Positions 11,090-24,762 of a stretch of DNA of 64,000 nt are shown piece after piece. The notes below the pieces were generated by a model. The model was not told the DNA's origin and did no database searches. It worked only from the letters and a program-made list of their open reading frames with translations. Numbering within the stretch: position 1 is the stretch's first letter; each line of letters begins with the position of its first letter. A program made the translations under genes and the position numbers. Location of the stretch: assembly GCA_002269645.1 (NCBI GenBank), contig NIVC01000406.1, forward strand, positions 446,724 to 510,723. Reading direction: 5' to 3'. Source of the DNA: Macrostomum lignano (Eukaryota).

Positions 11090-14000
11090 GTAAATTTCAT
11101 TAGCTAGTTACAAGCCAGATTAATCGTGAGAATTAATACTCATTAACGTCCATCATTCGTGATTGAACCAAATATTTTAGCTCCAATAAAAGATCCAATA
11201 ACCCTGCTACCGGCGATGCAAGTTGCATCTTACGTGCATTTTTCTACTTGAAAGACATGAACGATATGCCGCATCTCTGACCGATTCCAGAGGATTTCAA
11301 GCCCGCGTGTTCCCGAGAGAAAACTAGCCAGGCAGGAGGGCCACCAAGGCCGACAGCCTGCGCGAAGTACCCATCGTCGAAGTCTGCTGGCAGCAAACGA
11401 AGACCAGCCGATTCCAGATACTTTGGACAATATTTGAGCCGGCCGCCTTCCACTGGCCCGTTGAAAACGAGGGTTAGTATTGTGGGGGCTAATGAACCAA
11501 TCTAGCTTGAAGGTTGATTCACGCGACTGTAGGTGAATAAAGTTACTTTACGCAGCGTCATAATGATGGAGGGTAAATTTACGAGCAAAGTTAAATTAAA
11601 TTTACATTTGTCAACCGAAATTAACCTACAAAGTGTTTGTGGTTATTTAACAAAAAAATTACTCTTTGGAAATTTTAACTGCGGTAAAGTAATCACCTAA
11701 ATATTAATTTTAGTTCATTTACTTTAAAGATTAACCCTGGGGTGTAAATGTGTTCGATTAGTTTTTTACTGAGTGAAAGACTTGCACTTCATTCCCTTTT
11801 TTGCTCTCCTCCTGGTGGTTTTTTGTTTTACTCTCGGTATAGGATCGTCCATGTCGCCCCCGCTGAGCTGCGTTTTCTCCCCATGGTTTCCTGTCCATTC
11901 CACCTGCTGGTTCCACACGATGTTCCTCCTTTTTCACTTGGCGGTTCTTGTTGCCAGTCTATTTAAGGGTCTACGCTGCCGGTGTGTGGAACCACCGTAA
12001 CAGTACGTCAATACCTGCGTTGTGTTTAAATTGCAGAAATATACCCGTAATTTTAGCTCACCATCTTTTGGTAAAGCGCGAGAGACAGGCGCTCATTTTG
12101 GTTGAAATCATGTTCCTTAGACTTCATGTTCCTTAGACTCTCGAGGGACTTCCGGTAGATCCCAGAGATCTAATCAAAAAGGAATTCTCTTTTGATTGGC
12201 TAGTTTGAGCACTGGATTCTTCTGGTGATGGTGGCAGCGAGCTAATACTATAAATAGTACTCGGAGCAGAGCTTACGAAACAAGACAGAGAGTATCCGAT
12301 TCAGAGAAATCTTCAATAGCTACAGTACATGTCCATTGTCTGTCCAGAATTCTGAAGGACAGCATCAACCTAGACCGCTCAGCCACCCAAAACAGCTACC
12401 GCGGCACTGCGCGGTTCCCCCTGAGACTGAGGAACTCAGCAGCCGGAGCTCCGGGCACCGATTTAAAACGCAAAAATTCCCGTCAACGACAGCTCCCGGC
12501 AAGCCAGGAGGGAACCACCGACCACCCACCAATAAATCCAACTCCCTATCTTCACTTACGCTCGTAAGATCCGAAATCGTCTCAGAGCGGCAGCAGCAGT
12601 TAACGACTAAGGATCAGCACCAGCACCCTGCTTGGTGGTGTCTGTCACAGTGGACTTCCTGGTCACCGGCAGCTCGAAACTCTGATTGGAGTTTAAATGA
12701 AGACCTACAAAAGCCCTTTCTGACCCTTGCATGGTCCATGCTATCCATTCCTTGCAGTGTTCCTTTAATCAGCTGTGACTTCGAGAATGACAGCTAAAAG
12801 ACATTTGGTTGGCAGGTTGGCTCGGAGCGGCCCTTCTATTCGGAATTACGAGATTTCGAGACAGCTGGTTTGGTCAGCCAGTTCGCACGGGTTAGGCAGC
12901 AGCTTAGCTTAATATTCAGAATAGCTATACCTATAAAATACTCATATCTGAGTCATTAGATACATGGACTCTTAGTAAATTCTTTAACGCTAAAGTATAG
13001 TCTTATTCTTGATTTTCAAGTTGATCAGATAGCTTTTAGAACTGATATCAGTAAAATTGACGAAGTCGGTTACTTTTGCCACCATTAAGGTTATATATCC
13101 GGATATCTTTGTCACGCCCGGTTTTTTTAGATACGAATTACTAAAAGATATATGGACTTTTTCAAGTTATCGCGTGGGATGAAACAAAGATTATATGAAC
13201 AAATAACAAATATGCATGGATTTGCCATCATAAAGTACGAATGGATCCGATCCGAGCCGACCCGATTCGATCCGTCTATTAGTAAGGCCCGAATACGAGC
13301 GGAATACGACTCGTAGCTGTTACGCTCGAATTTCCTCGAGCCTTGATTATAACACAAGCATGAGTTTTCGTATTCTATTTGTTTGTCTATGAAGTTTATT
13401 AATTTAGAAAAAAAAATAAAAAAAGACTTTATTACTTCTTACAGCTATTAAGAGCTAAGTGGGTGATATATCTTTGGACGCCACACTTCGTTTGACTTGG
13501 AATCCCGTTCTGTATTAATTACATGTAAAGCAAATATAAAATGCAGCAATGCATAATTCCTGCGGGATTGCTTTTAGCATGACGCCATGGTCAGCATCTT
13601 ATAGTCTTGTTGTTGATTGGCTGATAGTTAGACTCAAAGTTAAGTTGGGTAGGTGTACATAGTGAAGGACTTCGTTTTGCTACTTTTATTTAAAAGTGTA
13701 TCGATACCGATACACATAGTTCGACTTTTTGTTCAACGATCGGTACCCAGTTTTCTATTTTTTTCTAATGCGAAGGAAAAGCTGGAGCGCTCAAAGCCTG
13801 CGGCAATTGACTTTTATGTATTTTGACAGTTTCTATTGCTATTTATTTTACATTTCCTGCTACCTCTTATGCTTAACAAACATTATATTATTGAACTAAA
13901 CTATAAACTATTAAATATAAATTGTCAGTATTCTTTCATTATTTCTGTCGCTTTAAGTGTAAAGATCAGTCTAAAGACTAAAGCAAAATTAAAAACGTAA

Positions 14001-14432
14001 TGTAAATTCATACAATATGCCTAAAGTACTTTGTACAAGCGATTTAATTGTTAGACCAAAGGAAAAGAAATTATTGGATATAAAAATTATATAAATAGTT
14101 ATACAATTATAATTAAATATTAAATGAAATTGGTGTATGCAGTTAGAAAATTTTAGAACTTAAATATACAGATAGCACATTGAAAAAGAACAAAATAGCA
14201 GGCTAAATTACAGGCTAAATATGTGTGGATAATTTTTATGCAAAGTTTTAAGAATTACAGCTTTTTGTGATAAATCAAAGTTAAATTTAAATTATTCTGT
14301 TCTCCATTGAAGCAGATCATTACATTTACACTACAGTATATTTTTACTATTAAGAATCATTTTAGAAAAAAGCCTAGCAAATTTCATGTAACTTAAGCTT
14401 TTATTTAACAAATATTACAGAAAACTGGTTTC

Positions 14433-15234
14433 ATGCAAATGCAGACTGGGAAATCAGTGACTGGGGAGGCCAGCTCTACAAAGCAGTTACAGAAGCAGCG
14501 CGGAGCAGCAAATTTCACCCTGGGCTCTGGGGCTTCAAAATCTGGCGAGGGGCACCAGCCGCAGGCGCAGGATTCGGAAGAGACGGTGAGCCAAAATAGT
14601 TTATTTTTAAAAGTTATTTATGAATCAGAACTCGTCTGTCGCCTCATTGCAAAACTCCGCCTGCAGCAGCCCGCAGGTCGCAGCCGTTCCTTGCCGGCCA
14701 ATGCCCGACGGCCAGGAAAATTTGTCGGACAAAAACCTGCGGTGATTCAATGATTTCAATGATTGTTCTTTCTTGCCTGCAAGGTGGAAAGTAAAAACTC
14801 ATACTGTTGTTTGCAGACTCCACCGGAAGCTGCGGACGAGCTCGCCCAGCCAAGTCAGCCGCAGCAGCGAGGACCTGGCGGCAACTGCAGTGGCTTCGTC
14901 AGCGCGCGCAGCCGCCGGGCCAAGGAGGCCGCGGAGACGGCGATTCGAGACGGCCGCGTGTTTTCCGTCAGCGGGCCGTACCCCTGGATCCGCGAGTTCC
15001 TGCGCCGCCGCGGCTGGGTGGAGAAGCTGCTGCCGAGGCAGGCTGGTCCGGCCGGCGCCCGACGGCGAAGGCGTCGACGAGCTGCCGCCGCTGTTGACGA
15101 AGTCGACGAAGATGACGAAGATGACGTCATCGACGATGGCGATGGCGCGGTCGAAGGCGGTGAAATCGATGAAGAGAATCGGCCAACTGAGGATGACAAG
15201 GGAATTCACGGTCTCATGGTGAGCCCGCAACCGC

Positions 15235-15298
<64 letters not shown>

Positions 15299-15398
15299 GC
15301 CTGCCTGTCTGTCTGTCTGTCTGCCTGCCTGCCTGCCTGTCTGTCTGTGTCTGTGTCTGTGTCTGTCTGTCTGTCTTAGTGTCTGCCTGTCTGTCTGC

Positions 15399-15431
<33 letters not shown>

Positions 15432-15434
15432 TAG

Positions 15435-15466
<32 letters not shown>

Positions 15467-18400
15467 AGACTGATTTTCAAACTAACCCAGTTCCAAGCAC
15501 CCCGCTGCCACCCTCAGTCGCACATGATCAAGAACACGGAGCCCACGCTGATCTGGACGCTGCACCTGAGCCAGGTGAACTACCAGGGCCTGCGCCGGGA
15601 CCAGCTGCTGAACCATTTCGCGCGGGCCGGCTGCCTCACCACCAAGTCGGGCCTCTGCCAGTCGCTTCGCCAGTTGCCCTGGTTCGAGTCCGGGACCTCC
15701 GATAGCTTCTTCCCACGCTGCTATGTGCTCAGCTCTGACGAGGACCGGGCCGAGTTCGTGGGTGAGCAACTCATGGCATCCCGCATGACCTGCTCAGGGC
15801 TTGGCGGAATGGACAACCTTGAGTCACAGGTTGCTTTAGCAATAGAAAATGAGTTCTAGGAATTCTCCTGTGTGCATGCTTACAGCTTGTAGGCCGGGAG
15901 GGGGTCGCAACTTGCTACTAACCGCGGTAAATATTGCTTAACTTGCAGCACTGACCGTAGATTTTGGTCAAACATAACGCAATAAATACTTGCAATCCGT
16001 TTATCCAGATGATTTTCGGCAGACGGCCTGCATGTCACTGCTCCGCCTGGTTGGCGAGGCCGGGGTTCACGACGTGGCGCACGAACCCGACACCACCGAC
16101 TTGCAGGCCTCGCCAGTGAAATCCGGCGCCAAAGGCGGAAAAAAGAAAAGTGAGTGTGAGATAAAAGATTTTCATTCCTGACTCAGGCATGCTTCATTTG
16201 AATTTTAGCATCCCCAATTTCGACTTGCTAGTCACGCCGAATATCCAGTTCGATAATCCCGATGCCGTTGGCGAGTCGCCGGTGCCGCGATCGGTGCTGG
16301 AGACCGCCATCAAGCAGTGCGAGCGACTGCTGCGGTTCAAAAATCACGACGATTTAGACGGCTGGGACAGCAGCGTGAGTGACTGGCTGGTGCGGTACTG
16401 GGGTAGGAATAGAGAGCTGCGCTGATTGGCTGGTGCGGGACTGGGGTAGGGAATCGAGAGCTGCGCTGATTGGCTGGTGGGGACTGATATAGTAATAGAG
16501 TCGCGCTGATTGGCTGGTGCGGTACTGGGGTAGGAATAGAGAGCTGCGCTGATTGGCTGGTGCGGGACTGGGGTAGGGAATCGAGAGTGGCTCTAATTGG
16601 CTGGTGCGGGACTGGGGTAGGGAATAGAGAGCTGCGCTGATTGGCTGGTGGGGACTGATATAGTAATAGAGTCGCGCTGATTGCCTGGTGTGGGACTGGG
16701 GTAGGGAATAGAGCTGCGCTGACTGGCTGGTGCGGGACTGGGGTAGGGATAGAGAGCCGCTCTGATTGGCTGATGCGGGACTGGGGTGGTAATAAAGAGC
16801 CATTCAATTTAGCAACTATATCTGTTATTTCCTTCTACTTTCTGTATTTCAGCAGGGAGTTCTGAAACACGCTGAATGGAACGCATTTCTTCAGTCCTAT
16901 TACCGAGTGGCGCAGTAAGGACTTCAGTCTTACATTTTGCTGTTCCTGACACCTGTCAGCTGTTCCTGACACGAGTAAGCTTTTTCTGACACGGGTCTGC
17001 TTCTTCTCCCCCTCAGCCGCGGTTGTCAAATTGCCGACTGCGACTCCGGCGTGCGCAGCCGCTGCCGAGATCTCTGCCAGCGGCTCCGGGCCGAGTTTCC
17101 CCAATTCGACATCGACGGGTGTCGCAGCGTCTGGCTGCTGAAGCCGGGCGGCAGGTCGCGCGGCCGCGGCATCGCCTGCGTCAGCACACTGGAGGCGGTC
17201 GAGGCCGCCCTCTCCGGTCAGTCCGTGACCGTCGAGTCCAGCAAGCTGGTGGTGCAAAAGTATATCGAGCGCCCGCTGCTGGTGCATCGGACCAAGTTCG
17301 ACATCCGGCAGTGGTTCCTCGTCACCGACTTCAACCCGCTGACTGTGTGGTGGTACCGCCACTGCTACGTGCGCTTCTGCTCGCAGCACTTCACCATGAA
17401 CGACTTCAATGAGTGAGTTGTGCGGCATTCCGCTGACTTCTCAGCACATACAAGCGCGCTGATACTCCACGCTCACACAGGGTGTACAGCGGCCCTGACA
17501 TTCCAATCGTCAGGCGTGTACACTCCCTGTGTATTGGGGGCAAGTTTTAGAGCCCAAGCCTTAAATGAACTCGCGAGAGTCAGACGCGTCTACCGCTTAG
17601 GGGACGGGGAGAGCTACTTAAAGTAGACTATCTGTGTTGAGTGAGCCGTATAGTTTTAGAGAAAAAAATATGACACCTTGCAAAACTGGCACCGTCACAA
17701 CCGCAGGGCTGTCCACCTGTCCAACAACTCCATTCAGCATAAGTACAACAACACCGCCGGCCGACACAGTGACCTGCCGGCCGGGAACATCTGGCACTCG
17801 GACAGCTTCAAGGCTCACCTGGTCAAAATTGGCAAGCCCAAAGTTTTTGATGACGTCATCAGACCGGGAATGCTGAGAGCCATCGTGAGCTGCCTGCTGT
17901 GCGGACAGGATCACGTGGATATGCGCAAGGTTGGTGCTGCGTGACCCATTGTGTGCTGTAGTGGCGACTCATTCTGAACCATCGAGTGTGACTCACTGCT
18001 ATGATGGTACATCCTCGAACTCTTAGAGCGACTCATTGGGCGACTCTTAGTTTGGAGTGACGCATTCTAGAACTCTTGGAGTGACTCATTGAGCAACTGT
18101 AGTCAGGAGTGACACATTCTAGAACTCTTGGAGTGACTCATTGAGCAACTGTAATCAGGAGTGACACATTCTAGAACTCTTAGAGTGACTCATGGAGCGA
18201 CTGTAGTCAGGAGTGACACATTCTAGATATTTTGGAGTGACACATTCTAGAACTCTTGGAGTGACACATTCAGCAGCCTCATTGAGCGACTCTAGTTTGG
18301 AGTGACACATTCAGGAGCCTCATGTAGCGACTCTAGTTTGGAGTGACACATTCAGGAGCCTCATGTAGCGACTCTAGTTTGGAGTGACACATTCAGGAAC

Positions 18401-19933
18401 TCTTAGTGACTCATTTAGCGACTCTAGTTTGGAGTGATACATTCTAGAACTCTTAGAGTGACTCATTGAGCGACAGTAGTCAGGAGTGACACATTCTAGA
18501 ACTCTGAGAGTGATTTATTTGACTCGTTGGGCTATTAGACCAAGTCATCGAACTGCCGTTCCCGACCCAGAACTGCTTCGAGTTATACGGGGCCGACTTC
18601 ATGATCTCGGACGGCTACCAGCCCTGGCTGCTTGAGATCAACTCCAGCCCCACCATGGCGCCCTCCACTGAGGTGACCACTCAGCTCTGCCGCTGCGTTC
18701 AGGAGGACGTGCTGAAAGGTGAGGAGCCGGGACTGATGCAGTGACAGACTGAGAGCTGCCGACACAATTATTCTATCACAACTTCTGACGCAGAGTTTTG
18801 ATACAGACTAACATGCTTCTGACGCAGACTAAGATACTTCTGACACAAGCTAAAATGCTTCTGACACAAGCTAAGATGCTTCTGACACAGACATTCCCAT
18901 CAGCTGTTCCGCCTCACCCCCCCCCCCAGTGGTAATCGACCGTCGACAGGACCGACAGAGCGACACTGGCGGATTCGAATTGGCATTTCGTCAGCCGACT
19001 GTCGATGCACCGGCCTGTGGCGGCGCCGACCTGAGCCTCCAAGGTCGACGTCTGTCGCGACCGTCCCGCGGCAGCATCGGCGCCGCCGCGATGTCGGCTG
19101 ACGCGGCCGGCGGGCATCGGCGGTTGCCGCCGCTGTCCGGCGACGTCGGCGACGAGGCGCGTCGATCAAGACGGCGTCGACGGGAGCGTCGGCGAGCGGC
19201 GGACGAGGAAGTCCCCGGCCGCGCAGCTGAGCGACTTCAGACGCGAAGCGTCGGAGGAGGCGGGGGTGAGCGGCGCTCCCCGGGTTCACAGGGTCCGCCT
19301 TCTTGTGTCCCCCGCACTTTCTTGTGTCCACAGGGCCTTCTTGTGTCCACAGGGGCCTTCTTGTGTCCACAGGGCCTTCTTGTGTCCACAGGGGCCTTCT
19401 TGTGTCCACAGGGCCTTTTTGTGTCTCTCAGTGCCCTCTCATGTCTCTCAGTGCCCTCTCATATCTCTCAGTGCCCTCTCATGTCTCTCAGTGCCCTCTT
19501 ATGTCCCTCAGTGCCCTCTCATATCTCTCAGTGCCCTCTCATATCTCTCAGTGCCCTCTCATATCTCTCAGTGCCCTCTCATGTCTCTCAGTGCCCTCTC
19601 ATGTCCCTCAGTGCCCTCTCATGTCCCTCAGTGCCCTCTCATGTCTCTCAGTGCCCTCTCATATCTCTCAGTGCCCTCTCATGTCCCTCAGTGCCCTCTC
19701 ATGTCTCTCTGTGCCCTCTCATGTCTCTCAGTGCCCTCTCATGTCCCTCAGTGCCCTCTCATGTCCCTCAGTGCCCTCTCATGTCAAAACTTGAGTTATT
19801 AGCCTCAAAGAGAGCCATTGTCACACTGGATGACTATCTATCTGTCAATCAAGGTCGCGAGTTGCAGCGCTGGAGGCGGCTCGCCCCACTGCAGACTCAG
19901 GAGCTGCAGCTGCCGCTGATGTCACCTCAGTGA
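14433..19933 (+). CDS. TTLL3: Tubulin monoglycylase TTLL3/TTLL8-like
   Basis: Phase-consistent exons 14433-14585 (tentative), 14817-15218, 15518-15761, 16009-16149, 16232-16374, 16853-16914, 17017-17412, 17707-17929, 18571-18718, 18930-19265, 19854-19933. TTL motifs: [101 protein letters not shown]. Confidence 0.93.
15236..15468. repeat. (CTGT)n microsatellite in TTLL intron
   Basis: Visible. Confidence 0.95.
16375..16790. repeat. ~43-bp intronic minisatellite (GCTGCGCTGATTGGCTGGTGCGGGACTGGGGTAGGGAATAGAGA-like)
   Basis: Visible tandem units beginning immediately after the 16374 donor. Confidence 0.9.
17985..18520. repeat. Composite intronic repeat (GGAGTGACACATTCTAGAACTCTT...)
   Basis: Visible recurring motif. 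Confidence 0.85.
19315..19785. repeat. Two abutting ~20-bp intronic minisatellites (CTTCTTGTGTCCACAGGG; CTCTCAGTGCCCTCTCATGT)
   Basis: Visible; fills the last TTLL intron. Confidence 0.92.
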
Positions 19934-20144
19934 TGCGGCTGATGTTGCCTCTCAGGCATGCAAAAACTTTAGATCCAAATTGCCTTTCTCACCGACTGCT
20001 TTCACTGCCGTTGCCTCACTGGCGGGGGGCCAAAAAAATTCTAACTTTTTCTGTTTCAAACTGTGTTTTATGTAGTGTGCGTAGTCTGCTAACGTCTATC
20101 AATATGTTTGCTTTGATTTCTTGCTAAAGCAGGTCAAAACAACT

Positions 20145-20450
20145 CAGAGGGGGCAGTGGCACCCCACTGAAGGACAGAGGGGGCAGTGGCACCCCACTGA
20201 AGGACAGAGGGGGCAATGGCATCCCACTGAAGGACAGAGGGGGGGGTAGGCACCCCACTGAAGGACAGAGGGGGGGGGTAGGCACCCCACTGAAGGACAG
20301 AGGGGGAGGGTAGGCACCCCACTGAAGGACAGAGGGGGAGGGTAGGCACCCCACTGAAGGACAGAGGGGGGGATAGGCACCCCACTGAAGGACAGAGGGG
20401 GGGATAGGCACCCCACTGAAGGACAGAGGGGGAGGGCAGGCAGCCCACTG
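20145..20450. repeat. ~29-30-bp minisatellite GAAGGACAGAGGGGGGTAGGCACCCCACT
   Basis: Visible, ~10 copies. Confidence 0.92.
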
Positions 20451-21189
20451 AGTGACAGGTGCATGTTTACTCATATTTAATATTGAGTTTCACGCAGAGA
20501 AAATAATCTCTAGCTGCTTCCGCATGCCAAATTGCTTCTCACTAAAGCGATTAATTACTTAGTTACTAATGACTGTTTGATTCACTGAGCGGTTGAGTTC
20601 TGAATTGAAGTCTAACCTTTCAGAAGCAAACAATTTTGATCACAAGCAAAGCAAAATGCTAAAAACACATTTTCACACCTCTCTCCTTAAACTTTCAGCA
20701 AGGCAGCAGGGTGACAGGTCAGTGAGGTCACTGAGATTTCCTGGGCCTTGGAGATGAACAGAGGTTGAACAAGTTTTTCGCTTTTAAAAAAAATTTTAAG
20801 CTGTTGTAACTCGCGTGTCATTGCGCTTTTTAAATTGCATTTTCACTTAATTGTTTAAATACATTACTGTTAGTAGTTGGCATGCAAACTTTTTTTATAG
20901 TATGTTTACTTTTTGTGCCTTAAATTAAAGTTTTTTATGCCTGAAGTTCTGAACTCAATGGAACTGTACTATCGAAGGTTATTTTTACTTCAAGGACACT
21001 GGAAACCCCAACTTCTAGTGGTCCTTGAAGTTTTTACCTTTGCATGCGCTTCTGTTGTCAATTTAGCGAATATACGGTTGAATCGAGCTGAGAGATTTCG
21101 CAGTTTATTACATTTTTCATTCCTGATGAAAACATTTAACAGTTGTTTGCTCAGAACTGAGTTCAGCTCTGCTTTGTCAGCTATTGGAA

Positions 21190-22160
21190 GTCACAGTCAC
21201 TCAAAATGTCACACTGTGTCAGTCACACCCTCAGTCACGCTACTGACGCAATAGCAGTCACACTAGACTTGAAACCATCGCTCACACTTTTAAGTCACAC
21301 CGTCCATCACACACTAAATTAAAATCCGTTTTTGTGAGGCATTGGCCACACTATCGCTTTTATAGCCTTTCACTCGGTATGTCACACCATTAGTCACACC
21401 ATCAGTCACACTATTAGTCACACTATTAGTCACACTATTAGTTACACCATCAGTCACACTATTAGTCACACTATTAGTCACACTATTAGTCACACTATTA
21501 GTCACACTATTAGTCACACTATTAGTCACACTATTAGTAGCATTATTGGTCACACTATTAGTCACACTATTAGCCACACTGTTATTGACACCATCAGTCA
21601 CACTATTAGTCGCATTATTAGTCACACTATCAGTCACACCATCAGTCACACCATCAGTCACACGATTAGTCAAACAATTAGTTACACTATTAGTCACACT
21701 ATTAATCACAGTATTAGTCACATTATTAGTCACACTATATTAGTAACATTATTGGTCACACTCTTAGTTACACTATTAGCCACACTGTTATTGACACCAT
21801 CAGTCACACTATCAGTCACACTATTAGTCAGATTTTTAGTCACATTATCAGTCACACTATTAGCCACACTGTTATTGACACCATCAGTCACACTATTAGT
21901 CGCATTATTAGTCACATTATCAGTCACACCATCAGTCACACCATCAGTCACACGATTAGTCAAACAATTAGTTACACTATTAGTCACACTATATTAGTAA
22001 CATTATTGGTCACACTATTAGTTACACTATTAGCCACACTGTTATTGACACCATCAGTCACACTATTAGTCACACTATTAGTAACATTATTGGTCACACT
22101 ATTAGTCACACTATTAGCCACACTGTTAGTGACACCATCAGTCACATTATTAGTCACAAA
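21190..22160. repeat. 12-bp minisatellite AGTCACACTATT
   Basis: Visible; source of the VTNS/VTLL ORFs. Confidence 0.92.
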
Positions 22161-22664
22161 ATTACCTGTAACCTACGACTGCAATGACCTTCAATGTCTC
22201 AGGCCGTCTGTCTCTGGATTCCAGCGCCCATTTTTCTCGTTGAAACTTCTGGCGCTCCTCATCGACCCAAAAGTCCCTCACAGAGTCTCCCACAGTGCTT
22301 CACTTTGTGCCCCCCCCCACTCTCAACCCGCTTATCCCCCGCTGCGCCGAGGCGAGGTTGGGCGATTCGATCTGCCGGACGCGCACCTGAGCCGGGCTCC
22401 CACAGACCTGAGCCTCGCAGTTATCGCCCGCGCTGAATTCCGCCTTCGATTCACTGAGCCAGCCTGCTGTAACTGCCGCTGCGATTCTCTCGGCAGCTCT
22501 CACCTGCCCCCCCCTCCCTGCACACCCAAGCTCGGCCGGATCGAACTCCCCTCGATCGAACCCTGGTAGCTCCATGCAGGCAAAGTGGTCGCTTCTGAAA
22601 GTTCGATTCGGCATTGATAATTGAGATGCTTGCGCGATGCACTTTAAAGAGATTAGGAAGAAAA

Positions 22665-23080
22665 TTTCGAAGAGGTCCAGTTTCCAGTGATTTCGAAGAG
22701 GTCCAGTTTCTAGTGCTTTCGAAGGGTTCCAATTTTCAATGATTTTGAAGAGGTCCAGTTTCCAATGATTTTTAAGAGTTCCAGTTTCCAGTGATTTCGA
22801 AGAGTTCCAGTTTACAGTGATTTCGAAGAGTTCCAGTTTCCAGTGATTTCGAAGAGGTCCAGTTTCCAGTGATTTCGAAGAGGTCCAGTTTCCAGTGATT
22901 TCGAAGAGTTCCAGTTTCTAGTGATTTCGAAAAGGTCCAGTTTCTAGTGATTTCGAAGAGGTCCAGTTTCCAGTGATTTCGAAGAGGTCCAGTTTCTAGT
23001 GATTTCGAAGAGTTCCAGTTCCCATTGATATTGAAGAGGCTCATTTTCCAGGGATTTCGAAGAGGTCCAGTTTCCAGTGA
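22665..23080. repeat. 26-bp minisatellite GAAGAGGTCCAGTTTCCAGTGATTTC
   Basis: Visible. Confidence 0.92.
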
Positions 23081-23594
23081 GTTCGATACGGCTTATTTAT
23101 TAATATTTTAAAGTCCCAATGTTGACGCGGAGGTGGCATGGTCTTATTCGATCTTGTTATTCGATTGCTAATTTTTAACAACAGCTCATCCGGGCATTTC
23201 CTCTGCTCTCTTGCTTGACAAGTCGGCCTGTTTTTCACCTGAACAAACAAGCTGTTTGTTTTTTTACTCGTTTTACAAGAATCGGCAGTCAGTTGAAATC
23301 CCATTGATTGCCGGACGCTCGCTTCCTATTTTGGCGGCCGCCGCCGCTGCTGCAAGCTCCCCAGAGAGACGGACAGCCGGGCTGGGGAGATTAGGGCTTC
23401 GGCTGAGATCCGGGCAAACCTTTAATTATTGATTTTGCCCAGCAGGACTCGGACAGAGAGAGAGAGATTGATGAAGGCGACTCTCTGGCTTGACAGTACA
23501 AAATTTAAATGAACGGCACTGAAGCCGGCATTTTTGTACCAGTTGCTTGTGAAAGAGAAACTTTCCAACTGGGTACCAAACTGTAGGAGAGAGC

Positions 23595-24110
23595 TTTGAG
23601 AACACTGGGATGCCAGCTTTGAGAATACTGGGACACCAGCTTTGAGAACACTGGGGTGCCAGCTTTGAGAATACTGGGACACCAGCTTTGAGAACACTGG
23701 GATGCCAGCTTTGAGAACACTGGGGTGCTAGCTTTGAGAACACTGGGGTGCCAGCTTTGAGAATACTGGGACACCAGCTTTGAGAACACTGGGGTGCCAG
23801 CTTTGAGAACACTGGGGTGCCAGCTTTGAGAACACTGGGACACCAGCTTTGAGAACACTGGGATGCCAGCTTTGAGAACACTGGGGTGCTAGCTTTGAGA
23901 ACACTGGGGTGCCAGCTTTGAGAATACTGGGGCACCAGCTTTGAGAACACTGGAATGCCAGATTTGAGAACACTGGGGTGCCAGCTTTGAGAACACTGGG
24001 GTGCTAGCTTTGAGAACACTGGGGTGCCAGCTTTGAGAATACTGGGGCACCAGCTTTGAGAACACTGGAATGCCAGATTTGAGAACACTGGGGTGCCAGC
24101 TTTGAGAACA
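23595..24110. repeat. 23-bp minisatellite GCTTTGAGAACACTGGGGTGCCA
   Basis: Visible, ~22 copies. Confidence 0.93.
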
Positions 24111-24762
24111 CACGCACTAAGTCTGAGTGCACTAGCACCAAATCTCAAGAACAAGGGTGCTGTGACGCCAGCTTTAAGAACGGGTGCACCAACTTCAAAT
24201 CAGGAGACGCCAAACTTTTACGATTTCGACTAAATATGAACCCTCAATCCGCTTGAAATAACTCTAACTCAAATCTGTATTGATGAAGCTGGCTGCAACC
24301 GCAGACAGTCGGAGATTTAACTCGCGATAAGCCGGGCGCCACATCGTCTGCCTTGGTGGAAATTCTTTCATAAATTTCGATCTTACTTTGACAGAAATGA
24401 AACAACAACGTATTTGTGTTTTTCTCAAGTGCCATATAAAAAACTTCTCAAGAGCAGAGTCGGGTGGCGGTGAGTTAGCAGACTACGGGCATCTCTCCCG
24501 CTGTGCTTCAGTCTCTTTCTTCTCCATTATTGCTGTAAAAAACGATGTCGAACAGCAAATGGTGACAATAAGACGGAGCCGTACGCTTCTGCTGCCAGGG
24601 CAGGGTGGGTGGCAGCCAATCCGAGGCGGGGGCTGCGCACTGCAGGGTCTGGGGGCGGGGCGGTCTCGGGGGAGGGCTGCGCTGCTTGTCTTAAGCTGTT
24701 GAAACCCTGCAGCTCGGCACTGCTCCTCCATCTGACCGCCCGGCTCCCCAGCTCTCAGCAGG

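Noticed and set aside
11278-11505. Stop-codon readthrough or selenocysteine after TGA 11278 (74 further open codons)
   Set aside because: The terminal exon is uncertain, no SECIS or conserved motif was recognisable, and an open run of this length can arise by chance.
22300-22614. GC-rich minus-strand ORF between satellites
   Set aside because: No domain match and no consistent exon chain could be built.
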